Shown: piece after piece, positions 1 to 8,811 of the stretch
How the letters are laid out: each line of letters begins with the position of its first letter
Numbering within the stretch: position 1 is the stretch's first letter
Source: Copranaerobaculum intestinale
GTDB lineage: Bacteria; Bacillota_I; Bacilli_A; Erysipelotrichales; Erysipelotrichaceae
Direction of reading: 5' to 3'
Length of the DNA: 32,000 bases
Assembly: GCF_009831105.1 (NCBI RefSeq)
Contig: NZ_WUUQ01000001.1
Location: 870,001-902,000, forward strand
The notes under the pieces: generated by a model
The model's database searches: none
What the model was told of the DNA's origin: nothing
The model's input: the letters and a program-made list of their open reading frames with translations, nothing else
Translations under genes and position numbers: made by a program

Positions 1-1
1 A

Positions 2-58
2 ATCAAACCAATCATCTGGGCTCTGTTAGTTATCTTCGTAATTTATTTTACTATTTAA
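2..58 (+). CDS. 3' end of an upstream gene entering the window (hydrophobic C-terminal tail, likely membrane protein)
   Basis: Frame 2 reads IKPIIWALLVIFVIYFTI then TAA at 56-58. A hairpin plus T-run follows immediately. Only 18 codons are visible. Confidence 0.35.
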   Translation: MKPIIWALLVIFVIYFTI

Positions 59-65
59 TAAAAAA

Positions 66-93
66 TTGGACGGAATTTATCGTCCTTTTTTTG
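66..93 (+). terminator. Rho-independent terminator candidate
   Basis: GGACG (68-72) / CGTCC (81-85) stem with an 8-nt loop, followed by T7 (86-92). The stem is short. Confidence 0.5.
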
Positions 94-365
94 AGGTGAT
101 TACATTCTTTACCGCGTGTTTACGAAGCTGAGAAACGATTGATTTTTATGATTTTCTTAATTAATAGATGGCTATTCGTGATATGAAGGCAGGCTTGCAT
201 GAAATAGCCGCTTTGAATATTATGATATTGGATCATATGAAAATGGAAGTCATCGAGCGACTTGTGATTATTCAATTCAATAAAATCATATAAACTGGCA
301 GCGCTGGTACCGGCTGGCTGTACTTTTGTGAAATCAAATCAGTTTAACAATAAACAGGCAAAAGC

Positions 366-1694
366 CTATTTATTGTTAGGTTGATGAGCGTCCCGCCATG
401 CTTTGATCTGTTTGAGCCGTTCCTGTACGCGGGACTCTGAGCCTTGATTTGTCGGGTGATAATAAGAACGATTAACCAAAGAATCAGGCATGCATTGCAT
501 ATCGGTAATTTTGTCTTCATAATCATGCGCGTACTGATAATTTTCACCGTAATGAAGCTCCTTCATCAGGGATGTCGGAGCGTTTCGTATTTGCAGCGGA
601 ACCGGTTCAGCGAGCATTTCCTGCGCATCGGCTTTCGCGGCATTATATGCCATATACAAGGCATTTGATTTCGGTGCCAATGACAGATAGGTAACGGCAT
701 GCGTTAAGTGCACGTTGCATTCGGGCATACCAAGAAAGTGAGCGGCCTGGTAAGCCGCAATACAAATTTGCAGCGCCCGGCTGTCTGCCATGCCGACGTC
801 CTCACTCGCAAAACGAACAAGCCGCCGAGCCACATACAGCGGATCCTCTCCTGCTTCCAGCATTCTGGCAAGCCAATAAATCGCCGCATCGACATCGCTG
901 TTACGCATAGACTTATGTAAAGCGGAGATTAAATTATAATGTTCTTCTCCCTGCTTATCATACAGAAGGGATTTTTTTGAGATGCACTGTTCCAGCACCT
1001 CCTTATTGATAAAGGTGACACCATCTTTTTCCTGACCGTTCAGAATGACCATTTCCAAGGTATTGAGTGCGGTTCGGGCATCTCCGTTGGCAAAGCGGGC
1101 AATCATGGAAAGCATTCCCGGCTCGATATGGATGTTTTGACTGCCGAAGCCGCGGGGATGATGAAGCGCTTGTTCCAGTAATTCCACAAGGTCATTTTCT
1201 TCTAGTGCCTGCAGTACAAAGACTTTGCATCGTGATAGTAATGCCGAGTTCACTTCAAAGGATGGATTCTCGGTGGTTGCCCCAATCAGGATGATGCTGC
1301 CTTTTTCCACAAACGGCAGAAAGGCATCCTGCTGCGCCTTATTGAAACGATGAATTTCATCGACAAACAAGATGGTTTTTTCACCGAGAAGCCGGGTCTG
1401 CTCAGCTCGCTGCATCACTTCTTTGATTTCTTTAATACCACTGGTAACCGCACTGAAATTGATAAAATTCGCTTTGGTCTTGCGGGCGATGATCTGCGCC
1501 AAGGTAGTTTTTCCAACGCCCGGAGGTCCCCAGAAAATCATCGAGGATATCTGATCGTGCATAATCAGATTGTAGAGAACCTTTCCTTCTTTCATTAAGT
1601 GCTTCTGTCCGCAAAATTCACTGAGCCGCCGTGGCCGTATGCGATTTGCGAGCGGCTCCTGCACCTCTTGTTCAAACAATGTATGCTGTTCCAT
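366..1694 (-). CDS. rarA: Replication-associated recombination protein A (AAA+ ATPase, RarA/MgsA family)
   Basis: 442 aa. Walker [12 protein letters not shown], Walker [11 protein letters not shown], and a C-terminal MgsA-type helical domain ([24 protein letters not shown]). RBS GGTGAG lies upstream of the ATG. Confidence 0.9.
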   Translation of the reverse strand: MEQHTLFEQEVQEPLANRIRPRRLSEFCGQKHLMKEGKVLYNLIMHDQISSMIFWGPPGVGKTTLAQIIARKTKANFINFSAVTSGIKEIKEVMQRAEQTRLLGEKTILFVDEIHRFNKAQQDAFLPFVEKGSIILIGATTENPSFEVNSALLSRCKVFVLQALEENDLVELLEQALHHPRGFGSQNIHIEPGMLSMIARFANGDARTALNTLEMVILNGQEKDGVTFINKEVLEQCISKKSLLYDKQGEEHYNLISALHKSMRNSDVDAAIYWLARMLEAGEDPLYVARRLVRFASEDVGMADSRALQICIAAYQAAHFLGMPECNVHLTHAVTYLSLAPKSNALYMAYNAAKADAQEMLAEPVPLQIRNAPTSLMKELHYGENYQYAHDYEDKITDMQCMPDSLVNRSYYHPTNQGSESRVQERLKQIKAWRDAHQPNNK

Positions 1695-1881
1695 TATCTC
1701 ACCTGCTTTATGATTTCTATTATATCACAGGGAGCAGAAATAGCCGGATGGTATCCTTGAATTTTAACGGAATTCATTTATTATATAAAATATAAAAAGA
1801 AAAAAAGAGAGATAGGTAATAAACTGAAGTTTTTATAGGAGGATCCCCTTGGCTTTTCTGAAAAGGCTCAAAAGGTTTTAC

Positions 1882-1910
1882 TGTTAAAAGCAGCGATTTT
1901 ATACTATAAT
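1882..1910 (+). promoter_or_regulatory. Sigma-A-like promoter candidate for the U32-U32-proS operon
   Basis: -35 TGTTAA (1882-1887), 17-bp spacer, consensus -10 TATAAT (1905-1910), about 35 nt upstream of the ATG at 1945. Confidence 0.3.
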
Positions 1911-1944
1911 AGGAAAAGACTAAAAGACAGTAAGAGGTGAGTAC

Positions 1945-2850
1945 ATGAGTTATTTGATTACAACGCCTTATATCATAAAGGATCTCAAGCCGTTAAAAGA
2001 AGCCGGCGCCGACGGTGTAGTCATCGGTACCCCTTTTTTTTCCGCTCGCGCGGCTGCGATATTTTCCTTCGATGAGCTGAAGCTTTTACGCAAGGAAACG
2101 AAGCAATTAAACTTGTTAATGTTTGTGTTGGTGAACCGCATGTTTACGGAGGAGGAACTGGATCGTCTGACTGACTATTTGAAGTACTTAAAGGAACTGC
2201 AGGTAGACGGTATTTATTTTTGTGATGAGGGTGTTTTACAGATTGCAGAATCGCTGCATATGGCTGATCGATTGATCTATCAGCCGGACACGCTGCTGAC
2301 AAATTCCTGTGATGTCAAGTATTATCTCGATGAAGGGTTGAAGATGGTTACGTTGGCAAAGGAAATTACGCTGGCGGAAATGTGTGCGATCGCTAAGCAT
2401 GCCGATGGCTCGCGTATCGAAGTGATCATTCACGGTCGGGAAAATATGATGCATTCCAAGCGGCGGCTGTTAAGCAGCTATATGGAGCACATCCATGCTG
2501 CGGATACGGTATTTGGAAAGCGTACGCTGTATTTACGCGAGGAGACCCGTGATGATCATTTTCCTATCTTGGAGGATGAACTGGGAACGCATGTATTCAC
2601 CGGCTTTACCCTAGCGGCATTTGCGGAAATCAAGACGCTGGCAGATGCCGGCATTGCCTATTTTCGAATTGACGGAATCTTTCATGATCTTGCGTATGTA
2701 TGTGAGGCTTTGCGTCTTTATCGAGCTGTGCTGAGCAATCAGGCAGACGGTGCCGAGGTGTTTGCCGATTATAAAAAGCGTTATGCAGACGATCATGTAA
2801 CGACCGGATTTTTATACCAGCGCACCGGTCTGCATAAGGAGCGTTTATGA
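1945..2850 (+). CDS. Peptidase U32 family protein, short form (B. subtilis YrrN-like; tRNA U34 hydroxylation-type U32 pair)
   Basis: 301 aa with a U32-like TIM-barrel-type sequence. It is paired with and overlaps (ATGA at 2847-2850) a longer U32 paralog, the typical yrrN/yrrO arrangement. RBS AGAGGTGA. Confidence 0.8.
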   Translation: MSYLITTPYIIKDLKPLKEAGADGVVIGTPFFSARAAAIFSFDELKLLRKETKQLNLLMFVLVNRMFTEEELDRLTDYLKYLKELQVDGIYFCDEGVLQIAESLHMADRLIYQPDTLLTNSCDVKYYLDEGLKMVTLAKEITLAEMCAIAKHADGSRIEVIIHGRENMMHSKRRLLSSYMEHIHAADTVFGKRTLYLREETRDDHFPILEDELGTHVFTGFTLAAFAEIKTLADAGIAYFRIDGIFHDLAYVCEALRLYRAVLSNQADGAEVFADYKKRYADDHVTTGFLYQRTGLHKERL

Positions 2851-4067
2851 AAAAGATTGAATTATTAAGTCCGGCCGGTGATTTAGAGCGGCTGAAAATT
2901 GCGGTACGCTATGGTGCCGATGCAGTATATATCGGCGGGAAAAAATTTTCCCTGCGTTCTCGGGCGAGCAATTTCGACATTGAGGATATTGCAGAAGGCG
3001 TAAAGTTTGCGAAACAATACGGCGCACATATTCATGTGACGGTAAATATGCTTCCGCACGAGGATGATCTGGAAGGGCTTGAGGCTTATTTGAAGGATTT
3101 GGAGCGAGTCGGTGTTACCGCTGTTATTGCGGCTTCTCCGTATATTGCGAAATGTGCGAAGCGCTTGGCTCCCAAACTGGAGGTGCATGTCAGTACGCAG
3201 CATTCGTCCACCAATTCTAAAGCAGTTGCCTATTGGCAGAAACAGGGAATGGATCGGGTCGTGCTGGCACGTGAGCTGACGCTGGCACAAATTCAGGAAA
3301 CTGCGTCAAAATCAAGTCTGCCCTTAGAGGTGTTTATTCATGGCGGCATGTGCATTTCTTATTCGGGCCGCTGCACCTTGTCTAATAATATGACGAATCG
3401 TGATGCCAATCGGGGCGGCTGTGCCCAGAGCTGCCGCTGGCAGTATGAGCTGTATGATGCCGGCAAAGCGCTTCACGATCCGGCAGACTTGTTTTCGATG
3501 TCCAGCAAGGATTTAATGGCGGCGCCTTATATACCGGATTTAATCGATGCCGGAATTGCATCGCTGAAAATTGAGGGACGGATGAAATCGGTCTACTACA
3601 TCGCAACTCTAGTTAAGACCTATCGGATGTTTATTGATGAGTATTATGATAAGGGTGCGATCAGCGCAGAACGCATGAATTGGTATCGAAGTGAATTTGC
3701 CAAGGCGGAAAATCGACCCACCAGCTGCGGCTTCTATGAAGGCATGCCGAAGGTGAGCGGTCATCTGTATGATCATAATCGTGCGGTTGTCGGTCAGGAA
3801 TTTATCGGCTATGTCTGGGACTACGATCCAAAGCGCGGTCTGGCAAAAGTAGAAGTGCGCAATCATTTCCGCAGGGGTGAAAATATTGAGGTCTTTGGAC
3901 CATCCCTGACCAATGAGCCGGCTGAAATTACGAATTTGTACGACGAGGAGGGCAATCTTGTTGAGGTTGCGAATAAGCCGACCCAGATACTATACATGGA
4001 GCTGCCGTTTGCGGTCAGCCGCCATGATATGATACGAAAGAGGAGAAACGATCATGAAATTAAGTAA
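2847..4067 (+). CDS. Peptidase U32 family protein, long form (YrrO/YegQ-like)
   Basis: 406 aa. U32 signature region EVFIHGGMCISYSGRCTLSN and the LKIEGRMKS motif. RBS AAGGAG. The stop overlaps the proS start by 14 nt. Confidence 0.85.
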   Translation: MKKIELLSPAGDLERLKIAVRYGADAVYIGGKKFSLRSRASNFDIEDIAEGVKFAKQYGAHIHVTVNMLPHEDDLEGLEAYLKDLERVGVTAVIAASPYIAKCAKRLAPKLEVHVSTQHSSTNSKAVAYWQKQGMDRVVLARELTLAQIQETASKSSLPLEVFIHGGMCISYSGRCTLSNNMTNRDANRGGCAQSCRWQYELYDAGKALHDPADLFSMSSKDLMAAPYIPDLIDAGIASLKIEGRMKSVYYIATLVKTYRMFIDEYYDKGAISAERMNWYRSEFAKAENRPTSCGFYEGMPKVSGHLYDHNRAVVGQEFIGYVWDYDPKRGLAKVEVRNHFRRGENIEVFGPSLTNEPAEITNLYDEEGNLVEVANKPTQILYMELPFAVSRHDMIRKRRNDHEIK

Positions 4068-5739
4068 CAGCTATTTTTATACATTGCGGGAGAATGTCAA
4101 GGATGAGGATTCCACCAGCGGTAATCTGCTGGCCAGAGCCGGTATGATCAAAAAAAGCAGCGCCGGTGTATATATGATCATGCCGTTAGGTATGAAGGTG
4201 CTGCATAAGATTGAAACAATCATCCGTGAGGAAATGGATAATACCGGCGCCCAGGAACTGCTGATGCCTTCTTTGATATTGGAAGAGGTCTATGAGAACT
4301 CCGGCCGCCGTGAAGCGTTTGGTTCCAACATGTTTGCGCTGAAGGATCGCTTTCAGAAAAATTATGTATTAGGTCCGACCCACGAGGAATTGTTTACGAT
4401 GGCCGCAATGATGAAAGGACGTTCCTATAAGGATTTCCCATATACCCTTTATCAGATTCAGACAAAATATCGCGATGAAACCAGACCTCGCTTTGGGTTA
4501 ATCCGCGTGCGTGAGTTTATCATGAAGGATTCATATTCCTTTGATACTGATCTGGATGGATTGCATGTATCCTATATGAAAATGTTCAATGCCTATAAAA
4601 AAATCTTTGATCGGATGGATCTGAATTATAAGATCGTTAAAGCTGATACCGGAGCGATGGGCGGCCTGTTATCCGAAGAATTTCAGGCGCTGTGCGAAAT
4701 TGGTGAAGATGTGGTGGTGAATTGTGAACACTGTGACTTCTCCAGTAATCTGGAAATTACCGAAGTAATCGATCAAAGCGTACCTAGTACAGAGCCTTAT
4801 CAAGATATCGAGTTAGTGGCAACGCCGAATGCCAAAACAATTGAAGAGGTAGCCGCTTTCTTTGGATGTCAGGCCGATCAGTTTGTAAAGACACTGATCT
4901 ATCGAGTAGACGGAAAGCTTTATGCGTTTTTATTGAAGGGAAATCGAGAACTGAATGAAACCAAGGCACTCAAGCTTTTGAAGGCGAATGAAATAGAGCT
5001 GGCAAACTTTGAGGATGTCGAAACAGTTACCAAGGCAAAGGTTGGCTTTGCTGGTCCGATCGGACTTTCTATTCCAGTGATCATGGATCAGGAGATTGTC
5101 AATATGCGTAACTTTATCACCGGTGCAAACCAGAGTGATCACCATCTGAAAAATGTGAATATCAAGGATTTTGAAGTATATAAAACCGCAGATATTGCTA
5201 GTGTCAAGGAAGGTGATATCTGTCCGGTCTGCGGGAAGCCGTTAGTTTTCACCAAAGGTATCGAGGTTGGTAATACCTTTAAACTAGGCACCAAGTATGC
5301 CAAGAGTCTGGGATTGGAATATCTGGATGCGGACAATAAGCTGCAGCCGGTTGTCATGGGCTCCTATGGCATCGGCTGTGAGCGCTGTATGGCGGCGATT
5401 GTGGAGCAGCACAACGATGAGCATGGCATTATCTGGCCGAAATCGGTAGCGCCATTTGATTTGGGAATTGTGGTTGCGAATATCAAGGATGAGACCCAGG
5501 TGAAGCTTGCGGAGAAGCTGTATAACCAGTTGAAACAGCAGGGCTACGATGTACTGCTGGATGACCGCAAGGAACGCCCGGGAGTAAAATTTAAGGATAT
5601 GGAGCTGATTGGACTGCCAATTCGGATTACCGTCGGTAAACGCTCTGGTGAAGGTATCATCGAGGTGCGTGAACGTACTGCAGATGAAAATCAGGAAATG
5701 TCGGTTGAAGAACTGTATGCGTATTTAAAGCAAGCATAA
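4054..5739 (+). CDS. proS: Proline--tRNA ligase, bacterial type with INS editing domain
   Basis: 561 aa. Class II motifs (FRDEtRPRFGLiRvREFiMKD, GSYGIGCERcmAAIVEQ), an inserted editing domain at about residues 230-390, and a C-terminal anticodon-binding domain. RBS AGAGGAGAA. Confidence 0.95.
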   Translation: MKLSNSYFYTLRENVKDEDSTSGNLLARAGMIKKSSAGVYMIMPLGMKVLHKIETIIREEMDNTGAQELLMPSLILEEVYENSGRREAFGSNMFALKDRFQKNYVLGPTHEELFTMAAMMKGRSYKDFPYTLYQIQTKYRDETRPRFGLIRVREFIMKDSYSFDTDLDGLHVSYMKMFNAYKKIFDRMDLNYKIVKADTGAMGGLLSEEFQALCEIGEDVVVNCEHCDFSSNLEITEVIDQSVPSTEPYQDIELVATPNAKTIEEVAAFFGCQADQFVKTLIYRVDGKLYAFLLKGNRELNETKALKLLKANEIELANFEDVETVTKAKVGFAGPIGLSIPVIMDQEIVNMRNFITGANQSDHHLKNVNIKDFEVYKTADIASVKEGDICPVCGKPLVFTKGIEVGNTFKLGTKYAKSLGLEYLDADNKLQPVVMGSYGIGCERCMAAIVEQHNDEHGIIWPKSVAPFDLGIVVANIKDETQVKLAEKLYNQLKQQGYDVLLDDRKERPGVKFKDMELIGLPIRITVGKRSGEGIIEVRERTADENQEMSVEELYAYLKQA

Positions 5740-5745
5740 GATATA

Positions 5746-5768
5746 GCAGGAGCGATTCCTGCTTTTTA
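5746..5768 (+). terminator. Rho-independent terminator after proS
   Basis: AGCAGGA (5746-5752) / TCCTGCT (5757-5763), followed by a T-run. Confidence 0.75.
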
Positions 5769-5804
5769 TATGTGCTATAATACAAGCAAGAAATGAGGGG
5801 TAGT

Positions 5805-6434
5805 ATGTTTCAGCTGGAGAATGTAAAGTTCAAGCATATTTTAGATATACCGAAGCTTACGATCAATGAAGGGATAACCTGTCTGATCGGTGCGTCGGGA
5901 GCGGGAAAAACCACATTGTTGAAATTGTTGAATAAATTATATAGTCCTGATAGCGGTAAGATTTATTATCAGGGGAAAAACATGGAAACAATTGATAGTG
6001 TTACACATCGCCGCGAGGTGATTATGCTGGGACAAAATCCGATTATTTATGAAGGATCTGTGGAGGATAATTTACAGATGGGTTTGCGTTTTTCACATCG
6101 TACAGATGCGAGTCAACAAGAATTAAAAAAGGTCTTAAAGCAAGTGCAATTGGACAAGCCGATGAATGCTTCCTGTGCTGGTTTGTCCGGTGGGGAGAAA
6201 CAGCGGTTATGTTTGGCACGCATTATGTTAATGGATGGCGAAGTTTATTTATTGGATGAACCAAGCAGTGCATTGGATCAGGAAAGTGAAGCTTTCCTAA
6301 TTCAATGTTTGAGTAATTTTGTGTTAAAACGTAATAAAAGCATGATCATGGTGACCCATTCCATGCATGCGGTAGATTTGTTAGATGCACATAAGATACG
6401 CATTGCTAAAGGAAACAGCGAGGTAATCGTATGA
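5805..6434 (+). CDS. fetA: ABC transporter ATP-binding protein, FetA/YbbL-like
   Basis: Walker A GASGAGKTTL, signature LSGGEKQR, Walker B LLDEPSSALD. Short (~209 aa) ATPase coupled (ATGA overlap) to a FetB-type permease. I prefer the ATG at 5805 (GAGGGG 4 nt upstream) over the ORF-track ATG at 5793, which lies inside the RBS. Confidence 0.8.
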   Translation: MFQLENVKFKHILDIPKLTINEGITCLIGASGAGKTTLLKLLNKLYSPDSGKIYYQGKNMETIDSVTHRREVIMLGQNPIIYEGSVEDNLQMGLRFSHRTDASQQELKKVLKQVQLDKPMNASCAGLSGGEKQRLCLARIMLMDGEVYLLDEPSSALDQESEAFLIQCLSNFVLKRNKSMIMVTHSMHAVDLLDAHKIRIAKGNSEVIV

Positions 6435-7225
6435 AGGATCATGTAATGGATCTTAGCATCTTACAGTTGGCGATTGCTTATATTTTCGTGTTATTGCTGC
6501 TGATTGTATTTCGTAAGCGCGGAATACGTCGAGAAAAACAAATTTTGATCGCAGCGACCCGCATGACGGTGCAGTTAACCTTTATGGGATATATCTTGAT
6601 GTATGTATTCCACAATCCCAGCTGGTGGCTCACCTCATTGATGATTCTAGTCATGGTTTCTTTTGCCGTATTCAATTCCTGGAAACGAGTAAAAGAACCA
6701 TTAGGTAGAGAATTGAAGCAAATCATGGCCATTGCTTTAATCGCTGGATCTTTGATTATTGCCGTCTTATTTATTTTGTTGATTTTACAGGTGAAGCCAT
6801 GGTTTGATCCACAATATTTCATTCCTATCAGCGGTATGATCATCGGTAATGCGATGACTGGAATATCACTTGGGGCGAACAAGCTTTGTTGGGAGATGAA
6901 AACCCAACGGGAGCGTATTGAAAATTCTCTTATGCTGGGGGCAGAACCACATGATGCAGTGCATCAGATCGTCAATGATGCGTTTGACAGTGCAATCTTA
7001 CCAACAATGAATAATATGTTGACGATGGGTATCGTATCATTGCCTGGCATGATGACTGGACAAATTCTATCGGGTACCGTACCGCTTACGGCAATTCGTT
7101 ACCAGATTGGGATCATGTTGGCAATCTTAGGAAGTACGACTTTAACCGTTGTGATCTTTGTAATCTTAGGTTATCGAACCTTCTTCACGAAATCAAAGCA
7201 ATTGAAATCACAATCACAAGAATGA
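6431..7225 (+). CDS. fetB: Iron-export-type ABC permease, FetB/YbbM (UPF0014) family
   Basis: 264 aa polytopic membrane protein with family-typical TRMTVQLTFMGYIL and MIIGNAMTG segments. It is coupled to the FetA-like ATPase. Confidence 0.7.
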   Translation: MKDHVMDLSILQLAIAYIFVLLLLIVFRKRGIRREKQILIAATRMTVQLTFMGYILMYVFHNPSWWLTSLMILVMVSFAVFNSWKRVKEPLGRELKQIMAIALIAGSLIIAVLFILLILQVKPWFDPQYFIPISGMIIGNAMTGISLGANKLCWEMKTQRERIENSLMLGAEPHDAVHQIVNDAFDSAILPTMNNMLTMGIVSLPGMMTGQILSGTVPLTAIRYQIGIMLAILGSTTLTVVIFVILGYRTFFTKSKQLKSQSQE

Positions 7226-7331
7226 TAAAACAATTTTAGTCGTACAAACTGTTTCGTAATCGTATATTAATTTAAGCAGATAAAGATTTTTGATACGAAT
7301 ACTATGTGTATTCTATATAATTTAACTTAAA

Positions 7332-7360
7332 TTGACATTGCATATATAAAAGTGGATAAT
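7332..7360 (+). promoter_or_regulatory. Sigma-A-like promoter candidate upstream of the acyltransferase gene
   Basis: Consensus -35 TTGACA (7332-7337), 17-bp spacer, -10 GATAAT (7355-7360), in an AT-rich intergenic region. Confidence 0.4.
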
Positions 7361-7488
7361 AAGTATAAAATTAAAACGATTTTAAATTCAGAAAAAAATA
7401 AAAAAAACAACGTCTTTTATATAACATATAAAGATATTAATAGAATGTTTATTATCGTCTAACTATTATAAAAAAAGAGAGAAGAAAT

Positions 7489-8601
7489 ATGAAAGTAAGA
7501 GAAAGAAATATTGAGTTATTAAGAATTTTTGCAATGATAATGATAATTTCATTGCATTTTTTAGGTCATGGCGGAGTTTTAGTCAATGTTTCACCATATT
7601 CTATCCAATATTATGTATGTTGGATTCTTGAAGGTTTATGTTTTATATCAGTAAACTGCTATGTTTTAATTAGCGGTTACTTTTTAATTGATTCCAAATT
7701 TAAAATTAAGAAGTTATTAATTTTATTAGGACAAGTATTTTTCTTTTCGATTAGTTTGTATCTAATAACAAGTCTTCTATCAGGAACCCCCTTTTCAAAG
7801 GTTACTTTACTGAAAGCTGTATTTCCTACAAATTCTAATGTGTATTGGTTTGTGACGATGTACGTTGGGATGTATATTTTATCTCCATTTATAAATACTT
7901 TATTGAAGAATCTCACACAGAAGCAGCATTTTTTATTAATATGTGTGTCTGTGACGCTTTTTTCTATATTGCCAACGCTGTTTTTCTATTCGACAGGCTT
8001 AAATTTTGGTGGCGGAAATGGAGTTGTTTGGTTCATCGTATTATACATTGTAGCTGCATATATTAAAAAATATAAGCGGGTGATAAAGAATGTCCATAAA
8101 GTTGTATTGTTATATGGAATTTGTGCTGTCATGGTTCCTATTAGTTTTTTTGGATTGGATTTTATAGCTAATAAACTCAATTCAGAATTCTTGTTGCAGC
8201 ATGTACAAGTCATGTACTCTTATAATTCCATTTTTGTATTTTTTGCTTCTGTATTTGCTTTTCTGTTATTTTTGAATATAAAAATCAAATCTAAATTCTG
8301 CAATAAAATTATTGATATATTTTCAGCAACGACATTCGGCGTCTATTTGATTCATGATAATCCATTTGTCAGATCATTATTATGGGGACATTTAAAAGTT
8401 TATACATATTTGGGAATATCAACTCCGATATTTTTGATTAGGATGCTCTTTATAATTTTTGCTATTTTTGTAGTTTGTAGTTTTATAAGCGGGCTAGTAA
8501 ATAAATTTTTGTCTTATATAAACACTATGGAATTTTTAGATCGATTATCCCTTTTTCTTGAAAAAAAAGCGGATGCCTTTCTAACTTCTTTCATCAAATG
8601 A
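7489..8601 (+). CDS. Acyltransferase family 3 integral membrane protein (O-acyl/acetyltransferase of cell-surface glycans type)
   Basis: 370 aa with about 10 hydrophobic segments. The N-terminus RNIELLRIFAMIMIISLHF is typical of Acyl_transf_3 (conserved R..H). The gene is very AT-rich relative to its neighbours. Confidence 0.7.
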   Translation: MKVRERNIELLRIFAMIMIISLHFLGHGGVLVNVSPYSIQYYVCWILEGLCFISVNCYVLISGYFLIDSKFKIKKLLILLGQVFFFSISLYLITSLLSGTPFSKVTLLKAVFPTNSNVYWFVTMYVGMYILSPFINTLLKNLTQKQHFLLICVSVTLFSILPTLFFYSTGLNFGGGNGVVWFIVLYIVAAYIKKYKRVIKNVHKVVLLYGICAVMVPISFFGLDFIANKLNSEFLLQHVQVMYSYNSIFVFFASVFAFLLFLNIKIKSKFCNKIIDIFSATTFGVYLIHDNPFVRSLLWGHLKVYTYLGISTPIFLIRMLFIIFAIFVVCSFISGLVNKFLSYINTMEFLDRLSLFLEKKADAFLTSFIK

Positions 8602-8811
8602 AATTCAAAATGTTTCTTATACAAAAGATAATTGTTAGGATAATAGAAGGCAATTTTTTTGATGTCTAAATTATATAAACAAGAACATATTTTTAAGTTT
8701 CTATATCTTGTTTTAGTGAAAATAAGGTATAATAAGTAACGGATATGTTATCGAAACTGGGAGGACCATTCTTCGATGTGCACATATACTGATGAAGAGA
8801 GGGTGCATAAT

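Noticed and set aside
168-293. 41-aa ORF (MAIRDMKAGLHEIAALNIMILDHMKMEVIERLVIIQFNKII) in the gap between the first terminator and rarA
   Set aside because: There is no RBS upstream (ttaattaatagATG) and no recognisable motif. The region is more simply intergenic DNA between convergent genes.
343-378. Hairpin AACAATAAA...TTTATTGTT overlapping the rarA stop, as a minus-strand terminator
   Set aside because: The stem is AT-only, it overlaps the coding end, and no clean T-run follows on the minus strand. This is too weak to call.
1695-1944. T-box leader upstream of the proS operon, and likewise upstream of alaX at 17929-17990
   Set aside because: No specifier-loop, T-box (AATTAGGGTGGTACCGCG-like) sequence or terminator/antiterminator pair is visible. 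proS is fused to the U32 genes, and the alaX leader is under 70 nt.
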